A stretch of DNA of 64,000 nucleotides from Schizochytrium sp. TIO01 (taxonomy: Eukaryota > Protista > Bigyra: Labyrinthulomycetes): positions 7,472,483-7,536,482 of the forward strand of contig SMSO01000032.1 in the NCBI GenBank assembly GCA_004764695.1. Reading direction: 5' to 3'. Position 1 is the stretch's first letter, and each line of letters starts with the position of its first letter. The notes under the pieces are model-generated. The model was not told the origin of the DNA, searched no databases, and worked only from the letters and a program-made list of their open reading frames with translations. Below are positions 47,450 to 58,700 of the stretch, piece after piece. Both the position numbers and the translations under genes were made by a program.

Positions 47450-49387
47450 CTATCGATGTTCGTTGTCTAAAAAATTGTTTCCACCACCCTGAGTTGCTTG
47501 CGGGTCATCAAGGCACCCGTAGTTGCTGTCAAAGGGCATAGCATCATAAGGACCAGCATAACCTGAGTCCAGGTCAAGTTGGACTGCTGAATAGTTGTCA
47601 AAACCTCCACCTACACCGAGCCCACCACCATCACTCGAAGCTGGAAGGTACCCCTCATACTGCACAGGCGCATGCGGCCATGGTGCAGGCATTCCACTAT
47701 CCACAAGTCCAGGCTGTGGGAAACCTGGGTTAAGAGGATTCGCATCTGGCAAAGGACCATAGCGGGCCTCTTCAAAGCCCATCATTGAACCTCCAACAGG
47801 ATTATATCCAAAGCCTGGGTCTCCTACAGGCGGGAGAGTTGCGTACCCGAGGTGTGGCGGAGCCATGTGCTCGTCAAGAGCGTCACTGTTCGGATCTCCG
47901 AGAACATCAAGTGCATCATCCACAGAAAGGGGAAATTGAAGCTTGTCTCGATTCTCAGAAACCAAGGTAGAAATACGCTTGTATACACGGTCTCCAAGAA
48001 TAAATCCCCGATCGGCATCTGTAAATATTTTTGACTGCAGAGTGCCCTCAGTTTCCGTCACATATGCAACAACCAGGCAGCCATCTTGGCTCTGGCTGAA
48101 GCGGATCAAAAAAGTACCTACAGGTTTGCCCTCAAGCATATCCTCTGCCTGCTCGTACGAGAGAAAACCTCGAAACATCCGGGCAGGACCTATATTTTTG
48201 GCGTTAGGAACTACATCCATGAGAATATTTGAGTGGGTCTCTAGCAGCTCTGCGAATGAGTGGTAACCTTGCGAGCCACAAACAAAAACGGAATGATCAT
48301 TTTCATTAGGAGCATAAGCACGCACAAGAGCATGGTTAACAACTCCAGTTAATGGGTTAGCGTAGCTCACTGCCCATGTACAAACCGAGCTCTCGCTAAA
48401 GCGAACCAAAAAGGTACCTTGGCGATGTGGGGTGAGAAGGCACCTCGCTTCGTCATATGACAGTGCACCAGCAAACCATGCAGGGCTCCAGATACTTGCT
48501 TGCAGCTGAATCATAGAAACTCGTAAACCAGGTCCAAAGGTAAATAGAAAATCATCAAACTGCTGCGCAGTAACGGCCTTCTTCTCCAACGGATTGAGCG
48601 TTGATATTATGATTTCGCGAAACTCTGGATCCTCTATCATCTGTACGATCTTAGGGTCCTTATGTTCTTCCAGCGCTATAAAAAACTTATCCCATGTCGT
48701 TGCGTACACAGCTTTGCCAAAGCTAGAAATCCACCATGCGCACTCCTCTTCGTCTTCAATGAGGTGCGCAATTGTGAGAATACCCCCATTAGCCTTCAGC
48801 TGTGCGGCGAGCTTTGCATTTGTGTCATCCACGCTGCTCCCACCGTCGCCATTTGGGTTCATGAAATCCGGATAAAAGCTTGAAGATGTCAGAAACGGAG
48901 TCATGAGGTCTGCATGAGCAATGAGTTTTCGCTCGAGCCTCGTGAAAAAGAGTTTTAAGCGAGGGCCCTGCAAGGTAATATCAAGGATATTATAGTTGAC
49001 ACAATGCGTGAGCTTGGAGCGCAGCGCGTTCAGCAGCTGAAACAAAACAAGGCCCCAGCTCTGGAAGCTAATGGCACGGAGATATGTGTGCATTAAATGT
49101 GGCGAGAGAACATTTGCAAGGACCGAGCTACACAGTGTCATGGCTACTCGGAGTCCTGCCACCTCGTCGTCATTGCGATGTTTGTCAAGAATCGCAGAAA
49201 TTTCGCGTACAAACTCTACCGAAGTATGAAGAAACCTCAGGCAGATCTTCGCGTGAGGGCCGAGCTGCATGTTGTTTCCCGTCGAGGGGGGCATCCCCTC
49301 GCCACCCGCTTGTTTCAGGACCGTCTTGGCTCCCGCGCCAATTTCAGTCGCGCCATCCGGCGGCCGTCGAGTCTGCATCGCTGACAT
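47450..49387 (-). CDS. Tandem-SH2 adaptor-like protein (helical N-terminal region, Cbl-like EF-hand/SH2, second SH2, Tyr/Pro/Gly-rich tail), 645 aa
   Basis: WFAGALSYDEARCLL...GTFLVRFSES and FRGFLSYEQAEDML...GTFLIRFSQS carry FLVRES-like signatures with the betaB5 Arg. An in-frame TAG lies just upstream of the ATG. Confidence 0.85.
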   Translation of the reverse strand: MSAMQTRRPPDGATEIGAGAKTVLKQAGGEGMPPSTGNNMQLGPHAKICLRFLHTSVEFVREISAILDKHRNDDEVAGLRVAMTLCSSVLANVLSPHLMHTYLRAISFQSWGLVLFQLLNALRSKLTHCVNYNILDITLQGPRLKLFFTRLERKLIAHADLMTPFLTSSSFYPDFMNPNGDGGSSVDDTNAKLAAQLKANGGILTIAHLIEDEEECAWWISSFGKAVYATTWDKFFIALEEHKDPKIVQMIEDPEFREIIISTLNPLEKKAVTAQQFDDFLFTFGPGLRVSMIQLQASIWSPAWFAGALSYDEARCLLTPHRQGTFLVRFSESSVCTWAVSYANPLTGVVNHALVRAYAPNENDHSVFVCGSQGYHSFAELLETHSNILMDVVPNAKNIGPARMFRGFLSYEQAEDMLEGKPVGTFLIRFSQSQDGCLVVAYVTETEGTLQSKIFTDADRGFILGDRVYKRISTLVSENRDKLQFPLSVDDALDVLGDPNSDALDEHMAPPHLGYATLPPVGDPGFGYNPVGGSMMGFEEARYGPLPDANPLNPGFPQPGLVDSGMPAPWPHAPVQYEGYLPASSDGGGLGVGGGFDNYSAVQLDLDSGYAGPYDAMPFDSNYGCLDDPQATQGGGNNFLDNEHR

Positions 49388-52300
49388 GGCGCTCTACCTC
49401 AACGAAGAAACTCCGCAAACCTTCGTCAGAACCCAGTGCTGATGCTCGTGCGCCCCAATACCAGCACAGTTTCAGGATTTGCTGGCTCTGCGGCCCTCGT
49501 GGGTGTCCATTCCGTACCGCAATCAGCACCCTCGACACCGCCCTCAACGCCGTGTGCGGTTCTGCGTCAGTTCCTGATTAGTTCTCACATATTTAACCCT
49601 CTGTCCTCAGCTCTTCCAAATGAGTTATCTTCTGCTGCAAGTGCAGTATCCGCGGCATTACACTACGCTATACAGAAGCAAGCGCCGGGTCCTTTTCTGG
49701 ACCTCAGCCGTGCTCAGTTCGTGCATGGAAAGCGCAAAGCTGGCCAAGGTCTGGGCACGGCGCGTTCCAAGGTGACGTCACAGACACAATTGTGATGCTG
49801 GTCATGTCGATGGACAAGAGATATAAACTTAGGGCCTTCTTGGCGCCCACATTGAGCGAGCGACGTGGCCGCCTTCCCTGAAGACGGTTCCCGTATCGTT
49901 CCGATGTGACCAATCATTTGCTTTCACTTGGCGGTACTTGCGGACCTCTTCGTGGAAACCATGGAATGAAGGCTGTGGCAGAGGTTCTCTAGGCCTCGCG
50001 AGGCCACAAGAAAGTGCTGATGTTTGGGGAAAGCTTGATCGACGCTGCGAGGTTGTAGGCGCTCTCATTTGCCTGCAACTTGCAACTCAACCCGGTCTGC
50101 ATCGAATTGCACGCGAGAGAATTACAGAATCTACCATGAGAACGAGGCTGAAATGTAATTCTCTCTCCAGGGAAGATTGGAGATGGCGAATTCGACGGAA
50201 ACCTACGGCGTGCCCAGGACTTTGCAGATCTGCAAATTGTCACCGGCTTTGAGCGAAGTCTTGGAGTGCTGAGAGACGATGACAGCGCTCTAAAGTGCAA
50301 CGTCAATGCTTCAATCCAAATGGAAATTGGCTCGTCGGCATCGTAATAACGGAGAAGTGACATCAGGCCGTCCAAGTGACCCGGAAAATGCGGTAGGCCT
50401 GGGTCTGCACTTGAGCACTTGCTTAAGCCATTCTTGTAAACCGCAAGGAAGTAGAACCCGTTGATGATTGTGGAGCAGGCAAGGCCTTTGGAGTTCAAGA
50501 TACAATGACGTTGGTGAAGGTTATGAAAACTATTTTACTTCATTTGTCAACTTGAGGTGGACATTTGGACACCCGTCGCAGTTTCGAATGTATTGTCACG
50601 GCGTAGTTCCTCGAATAGTCTGAAACGAATGTCAAGCTTCAGAGGTTCTTCCAGACTTGCGTTCTGGTGAACGGTTCGTGCGAGAGCAAATACATTGACC
50701 TTGGAGTTATCGTTGTGCCATTAAGAACCTCGTCAAGTTACCCTGTGCAAGCTGTGGAGTGAGTGCCTTGGGTTCCCTATGCCGACGTAAGTTTATCAAC
50801 GTGACGTCACAAATTTTGTTGGCGAGAGGAGAGTTCCCGCAACCTTCTCTCCAGAGTCAGTCTAACCTGCTGCCACCGATGTCTCTGCTTGCATGCCTGC
50901 CTGCTAGTCCAAGCACAGTGAGCCTATCCAATATCCAAAGCTCAATCAAATTTCAAGCTTCTAACCTTTCGAAGGATTGTATCTCAAGCATGGCTTATCA
51001 TGGCTTGTCAGCATAAGCGAGTAATACTTCTCGCTGCACATCAATGGTCTCTAGTCAACTCGCGAAACTCTATGTCTATTGAGAAGACCAAGTCATTCAT
51101 CCAAACCTTGATCGCGCGTCATGCTATTAGAGAGCACCTTGATAATATGAACAAATAGACATATGTGTATATATTTCAATAATAAATTATGTATTTATAC
51201 TATGACACGGTCCTTGCGCGTATTCCTAAGGGTGCGACACCTTGGTATATTTATGGGTGTTTGTCAGGAACTCGTCGGGATTGTGTTCATTTGCGATAAA
51301 ACATTAACACATTTACCATGATACGACTGGATATTATCACCACGACATGTATCTTCGTCAACTAGGTACCTCCCCCTTTGCCCCAAATGGTAACAACAGT
51401 CCAGCTGGAACATACAAAGCATACATGATATCTTTCTCAGCCACAACTGGGGTGGTAGATTTCATGGTACTATATTCTTTTCTTTGGCATTTGACGCGCT
51501 TTTGAAAAGCGAGCAGACGTTGAACGAGCAGCAGCACTCCTCTTGTTGTAATAAAACACCCTCATCGCCTCATTCGTGCATGACAGTGCAGTGCTCATCA
51601 CCCCCTTCAATCCATGGCTGCACAATGGGAAGTACTAGGTACGTAACCAGCGTCATCATAGGACATGTGATGTGGACCCATCATGACCCTCCATCCCAAA
51701 GACCCCTCAAAAGCGCATCAAACTTATCTCCCACCAAGAATAAGAAGTCCTCGCTTGCTTGTTTCTGCAATGGATGCTACAGCCACGGCATCAAGCACCA
51801 TGACAGCTAGGCATGACTTCGCCACCCCATCACAACTTGAAAGCTTTAGAGTTGTGAAGTTGTGCTGTACCGGCCAGTCCCAGCTGCTCTTGCTTGAGTA
51901 AGGCGATGAAATGAATGTCCTTCCTGCAACAAATGACGTTCCATCGAGCCCTCGATTATTGCGGTTTCTCTCGACACGCACACCGCTCATACAGAGGAAG
52001 GAGCACCTGGCCCCACTCGGAGTTTGCGGCAGCGTCGCCTTCACCCTCCAGCTTGGATGGCCATACGATCGTCTCCAAGTTCTTCATGTTCTCATGTTCT
52101 TCATGTTCTTCAGTAGGCCTCGAAGACGTGTGGGAGCGCTGACCACGGCTGTTTTGGAGGCTGGCGGGCCCGACAGTCACCTCTCCAAGGAACTTACTTA
52201 CTCGCCTCCCTGAAGCAGCTGAGCCCAAACTATTCACAGGCACAATGTCAGAGGAACTGGCCAATTTGGGCAAAGGCCGCCACATTGGAGTAAAATGGAG

Positions 52301-54345
52301 CTCGCGTTCGCTTCACGCAACGGACTCAATCTTGGAGTTGAAACCCGCAAGAGATCTATCTGTCTACAAGCTCGAATGCAACTCGTTCAAGTTGAGCTCC
52401 ATCGAAGAAGAGCGCTCGGACCTCCAAGTTTACAGCGCCCAAACTAACCAACTCATCAACCAACTAACTAACTAACTAACTAACTTTCATACTTCCTGAC
52501 TTCTGGACCCTTTCGCACGCAGCCTGCAGATAAATTCATACGCAGACAACCTCTTGCTGTGCAAGCATGGATCAGCTCCGGAGCGCCAAGGCCGCATCAG
52601 CAGCCAAACCGTCGATGATGGCCGGATCCACAGCCGGGCAATTTGGCGCCGTTTTCGAGGTCGAGCTTGAATGCGCCATAGTACTCGATGATGGCGTCAC
52701 TCGCTCGATTCATAAGATAAGCAGCTTACCATTAGTACCTCCTAAACGCACCTAGCGCAGAGAAGATTCGCCCGAGCCAGCATCGTCTCGCATACAGAGG
52801 TCTCCGGCCTGCCCCCCTCGAAGCCGGGTCGCCACCAGCTTCTGCTTACCTGGCCAAGCTGCCGACGCCGAGGGGTTAGTTTGGAACTACCCAACGATAG
52901 TGTGACCACCGGGGAAACCTTGGAGTAGAAACGCCGGCGCCGTGTGTGGTGCGGAATCTGAGATGTTAATACAGGCGTGTGATTGTGGGTCTTTGGGGAG
53001 AGATGGAGGAGCCGCAAGCGACGGCCCTTAGGCTTCGAACAGGGCGGCGCGGGAGCTCTCGTGACAGCCAGATTTACAGTCTGCGGTGTTGATTGAGCCC
53101 TGGGGTTTCAGGTTTATGTGATTCTATTTTAACTTATTTTTTAGTCCTGAAAGTTACACATTTATTTTTTACTATTTATTTATTTTATTTAAATTAAAAA
53201 AAATGTTCATTTATTTCATAAGAGAAACTAATCACAATTCAAGTTCATCATTTTTCAAGTTACATGAAATAGTTTCGAAATAGGTGGTCTCCCTTTCAGC
53301 GATTGTTCACTCTTATGGTTTATGATAGAAGGGCTGACAATGGGGGCAGCTCATAAAGCAAGAGAGAGAGAGAGAGAAAGAGCGAAAAGCCTAAACTTCG
53401 AAACATTTTCCCTTTTTCTTTTCTTTTCTTTTCTTTTCTTCTCATTTCATTTGATCTGTTTGTTTCTATTCTTCGGAATTTGCATGAACGGTGGAAGCTT
53501 GCGAGTTTCCAAGAAAGGCTTATCAGAAGTGGTGGCGAAGCTCTTTCCAGCCATCGGAAATCCGCTGGCTTTGAGTCAAAACATCACTGCAAGCACCCGT
53601 CTTTCAGGTGCCTTCCGTCTGAAGGTTTTGAGCCACCTGGTGAGCTCTTGCAGCGTTTCCACGGCCGAATGAATCGAAGGCATTTCCATTCCACGAACCT
53701 CCTGACCCTTTCTCTATGCTTTATTTTTATTTTATTTTTTTAAAGGTATCTACCTATGTACTTCCCTAGCAAGGACTAGTTCCAACATTTTTCTATTTCT
53801 ATTTATTTATTTATTTATTTTTATTTGTGGTTTTGTTTGTAAAGGTTTGGATTTGGTCAAAGCCTCGGATCCAACTTGGGCGGAATCAATTCAGGTAAGA
53901 CAATCAAAGCCTTCAGGATTTGCAGCACTTTAGTACATACTGCAGAGAGTGGAGGTTAATTATGGTCCGTTGTGGTGAAGACTTTGCAAAGGTTTAACTT
54001 ACATTCGCAGGCGAGTTTTCTTTTCTGGAGCTGTCTTCCGTTTATCCAGGATGTACTTCCTTCAAATTTATTGCGCAGCATTCTTTTTGACGAGTGACCA
54101 GCGATTTTACGATTCTTATTAATTTTATTTTCAACTTAGGTACACAATGAATAAATGTTAGGAAAATAAGACAGCCTGACATCGCGTCGCTTATGCTCGA
54201 CAAATGTGGAATCTTGACATTGCGCGAGGGCCGACCCCTCTTTGGTTAACTTGCAAGCCTGCACTTGCACGAATTAGTCCATGGCTTTACATTGACAGAT
54301 TGAACCCCTTTTCAATGCTTCTTCTGTGTACTATTCAGATTAAAT

Positions 54346-54387
54346 AAGAATAAATAAATAAATAAATAAATATATAAATAATAAATA
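54346..54387. repeat. (AATA)n microsatellite
   Basis: aataaataaataaataaataaat... Confidence 0.7.
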
Positions 54388-55540
54388 GGGGAATAGCTGC
54401 AAAAGTTCCGAAGTAACCTTAGTGCCATCAATGAACGAATAAATAAGAATCAATGAATGAGTTGCAAATGATGTCTCAGGCTCCTTTGCATTGTAGTTTG
54501 TCTTTGCCTCTTATAGCCGCCTTCCCTTCCATTATGGCGGTCTTTAAGTTACATTCAAGAAAATAGCGCCGTTTGTATTCAGGTCACTTGTTCCCACGAT
54601 GGAAAATGATATGGAAATGGCAATGGGTAAATGGAAACGACAGGAATGAGCAATGCCTCTTCGTTTGCAGGCTGAGTTTGCAGGAGTAAAATATGCTTCT
54701 CTCAGGACTCGACCCGAGCAAATACCACAATGTCTCCGTTGCGATTTTGGTTTACCGGCACTGAATGATCTCCGCCGTCATTTCCTGATTGCAGAAGCTC
54801 CTCTCGTTAACAAATCAAGCAGATTATTAGCAGTAATAATAGTAATAGTAGTATTAGGAGCCTGCTATTCATAAAAACTAAGTTAAACCTGTGATAAAAG
54901 AAAAGAAAAGCTATGACTCATAATGCCGAGGTATATGGAACCTTTGGAACGGATGCTTCATTTGAATTGGATTGGTTAAAAAAAATTAACAATTTAAATT
55001 ACAATTCTGACTGATGATAGAAAAGCAAAGAACTTTGAAACTTGAAGAAGAAAAAAAGAAAAAGAAAAAGAGAGAGAAAAGAAATGGAGAAAAATGGAAA
55101 ATGAGAAGTGACGAAATAACTTTGAGCGGCAGACTGCCTTCGCTCCAGGCCCGGAGCGCGGCAGAGAGCGACGCGTTCACGCTCTTCCGCTGCCGAGGCG
55201 CCGCTGGGACTTTACGGTACGTTCGGGACTGATTTTCCGGAGGTTGGACCCCGAGGATCCTGACGAAGGTGGATGGGCAGTGATTAATGGCATGCCGATT
55301 TCGATCCAACCACGACGCTTTCTTCTGCCTTCACAGAAAAGCCAAAGGCTTGCATTGCCTTGACATGTTTGCGAGAGCGTGTTTAATTGCGCGTTTGTAT
55401 CTCGAGCTCTGTTTGACAAGAACGAGGGTTTTGCGGGGCGAGGGTGAAGCTGTGATGCCTAATGATGAACCAAGACTGACGGAATCTGGACGGGAACTGT
55501 GGAATTTTGCGCAAACAAATGTCTTGAAATTTGATTCACG

Positions 55541-55563
55541 TGGTGGTGGTGGTGGTGGTGGTG
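55541..55563. repeat. (GGT)n tract ~150 bp upstream of the metH start
   Basis: tggtggtggtggtggtggtggtg. Confidence 0.8.
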
Positions 55564-55713
55564 GATTGGATCTCACCTTGCAGGTCTCGATTTGAACGTT
55601 TATAGAGGAGCACTATCTTAATTCACTTGCTTGCAAAAGTAGTGAAGACTGGCGCTGAGTGCATCTATTCGTGCACTGGCGACAGAAACTTTGTTGTCTT
55701 TCGGTGAGACATC

Positions 55714-58700
55714 ATGGCGTCCGATAATGTGGAGAAAAAGCCTCATGTGAAGTTCTCGTGGAATTCTGGCGATGCTGCCAAGCCCAAACCACAGACAAAT
55801 GGCCCTCCGCGCCCACCTAGTGAAGCTGCTCGTAATTCTACGCCCAACCCGTACGATTACGAGGCATTCAACAACATTGAAGAAATTGCGTCTCTTCGGA
55901 AGAATGCTGACAAACTCAACTGGGCCCAGCCGGCAGACCTGTACCCTCAAAACTTTCCCGCCTTTGTCCGTGCCCGTGATAGTTTGCGTGAGTACATTAC
56001 CAAGCTCTTCACTGATGAAATTGCACTCTATGATGGTGCCATGGGTACCATGATCCAGAACTACGCCAAAGATAACACTCTTGAGGAAGCCGAGTTCCGT
56101 GGTGATCGCTTCAAAGACTGGTCTTGCTCAGTCAAGGGCAACAATGATATGCTCTCGATCACTCAGCCCAAGGTCATCAAGGACATCCACAAGGCGTACC
56201 TTGAGTCTGGCTCCCGCCTCATTGGTACCAACACTTTCTCGTCTACCACGATTGCCCAAGCTGATTACGAGATGGAAGACTTTGCGTATGAGCTGAACTA
56301 CATCAGTGCTCGTCTTGCTCGTGAGGCTTGTGATGAGGTGACCGCCGCTGACCCGACCAAGCCCCGCTTTGTTGTTGGTGCTATTGGCCCTACCAACCGC
56401 ACTGGTTCGATCTCTCCGGATGTGGAGGACCCGAGTGTCCGTAACGTCACTTTTGACGAGCTTGTGACTGCTTACTTTGAGCAGGTTGTCGGTCTGATGG
56501 ATGGTGGTGCCGATATTTTGATGGTTGAGACAATCTTTGATACCCTCAATGCCAAGGCCGCTTTGTTTGCTATCACAGAGTATCTCGAGATGACTGGTCT
56601 TGATGTGCCTGTTTTCGTTTCTGGTACATTGGTAGACCAGTCTGGTCGTACACTGTCAGGTCAGACCGGTGAGGCATTCTACGCTTCCATTCGTCATGCC
56701 AGGCCCATGTGTGTTGGTCTCAACTGTGCTCTGGGTGCTCAGCAAATGGAGCCTTTCTTGGTTCGCCTTAGCGAGGTTGTTGAGTGCTTCGTGCATGTTT
56801 ATGCCAATGCTGGTTTGCCAAACGCCATGGGAGGCTATGATGATACCCCTCACGACATGGCCTGCTACAACACACCGTTCTTTACCAAGAACCTTGTGAA
56901 TATGGTAGGTGGTTGCTGTGGTAGCACCCCGGGTCACATTGCTGCTTTGGGCGAGACAATCAAGGCGCAGGGATTCAAGCCACGTCCTCTTCCTGACCTT
57001 GGTCTTCCGAAGATGTGGCTCTCCGGTCTTGAGGACTTGATTGTTGATGATGTGCATAACCAACACGGAATGCCTTTCTTGAACGTTGGCGAACGCTGTA
57101 ACATTGCTGGCTCCCGCAAATTCAAGCGTTTGATTATGGAAGGCAACTACGGTGAGTGCATGGATATTGCCAAACAGCAGGTTGCTGATGGTGCACACGT
57201 AATCGACATCAATGTCGATGATGGTATGCTCGATGGTCTTGAGGCTATGCAAAAGTTTGTCAAGATCGCTATCACCGAACCCGAGGTCTCCAAGGTGCCC
57301 TTCATGCTCGATGCATCAAACTTTGATATCGTCCTTGCTGGTCTCAAGTGGTGCCAGGGCAAGCCTATTGTGAACAGTATCTCTCTCAAGGTCGGTGAGG
57401 AGAAGTTCAAGAAGCAGGCTACCTTGTTGCGCAAGCATGGTGCTGCTATTGTTGTGATGGCATTCGACGAGGAAGGTCAGGCAGCTACAGAGGATGAGAA
57501 GGTTCGAATCTGCAAGCGTTCGTACGACATTCTTGTGAATGAGATTCGCTTCCCGCCTGAAGATATCATCTTTGATCCCAATGTCCTGACTATTGGTACC
57601 GGAATGGAGGAGCACAACTCGTATGGTGTTGACTTTATCAACGCAGTGCGTCGTATTAAGGAGTCATGTCCGTTTGCAAAGATCAGTGGTGGTATTTCTA
57701 ACTTGAGTTTCGGATTCCGTGGTGTACAGAAGATTCGTGAGTCCATTCACGCTATTTTTCTTGAGCATGCAATTTTGGAGTCTGGTATGGATATGGGCAT
57801 TGTCAACGCTGGTGAGCTCTTGTGTGCAGACGATGTAGAGCCAGACTTGCGTGAGCTTTGCGAGGATCTCGTTCTCAACAAAATTCCTGAAGCCACTGAG
57901 CATATGCTTGAAGCGACAGCATATGAACGCAGCGTAATTGATGCTCGCAAGAAGGGCCTTCCTGCTCCGAAGAAGCCTCGTATCAAGGTGACGAAAAAGC
58001 CTCATGTGAAGTTCTCTTGGAATTCTGGTGACGCTACTAAGCCGAAGCCCCAAACGACTGGCCCCCCTCGTCCTGTCTCAGATGCTGCGCGCAACTCAAC
58101 ACCGAACCCGTACGATTACGAGGCATTCAACAACATTGAAGAAATTGCGTCTCTTCGGAAGAATGCTGACAAACTCAACTGGGCCCAGTCAGCCGACACG
58201 TACTCTTCTAGCTATCCTTCGTTTGTCCGTGCTCGGGACAGCCTGCGCGAGTACATTACCAAGCTCTTCACTGATGAAATTGCACTCTATGATGGTGCCA
58301 TGGGTACCATGATCCAGAACTACGCCAAAGATAACACTCTTGAGGAAGCCGAGTTCCGTGGTGATCGCTTCAAAGACTGGTCTTGCTCAGTCAAGGGCAA
58401 CAATGATATGCTCTCGATCACTCAGCCCAAGGTCATCAAGGACATCCACAAGGCATACCTTGAGTCTGGCTCCCGCCTCATTGGTACCAACACTTTCTCG
58501 TCTACCACGATTGCCCAAGCTGATTACGAGATGGAAGACTTTGCGTATGAGCTGAACTACATCAGTGCTCGTCTTGCTCGTGAGGCTTGTGATGAGGTGA
58601 CCGCCGCTGACCCGACCAAGCCCCGCTTTGTTGTTGGTGCTATTGGCCCTACCAACCGCACTGGTTCGATCTCTCCGGATGTGGAGGACCCGAGTGTCCG

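Noticed and set aside
54950-55713. Cobalamin riboswitch upstream of metH
   Set aside because: I could not find a B12-box or the conserved core by eye, and the context is eukaryotic. An Rfam/Infernal scan would be decisive.
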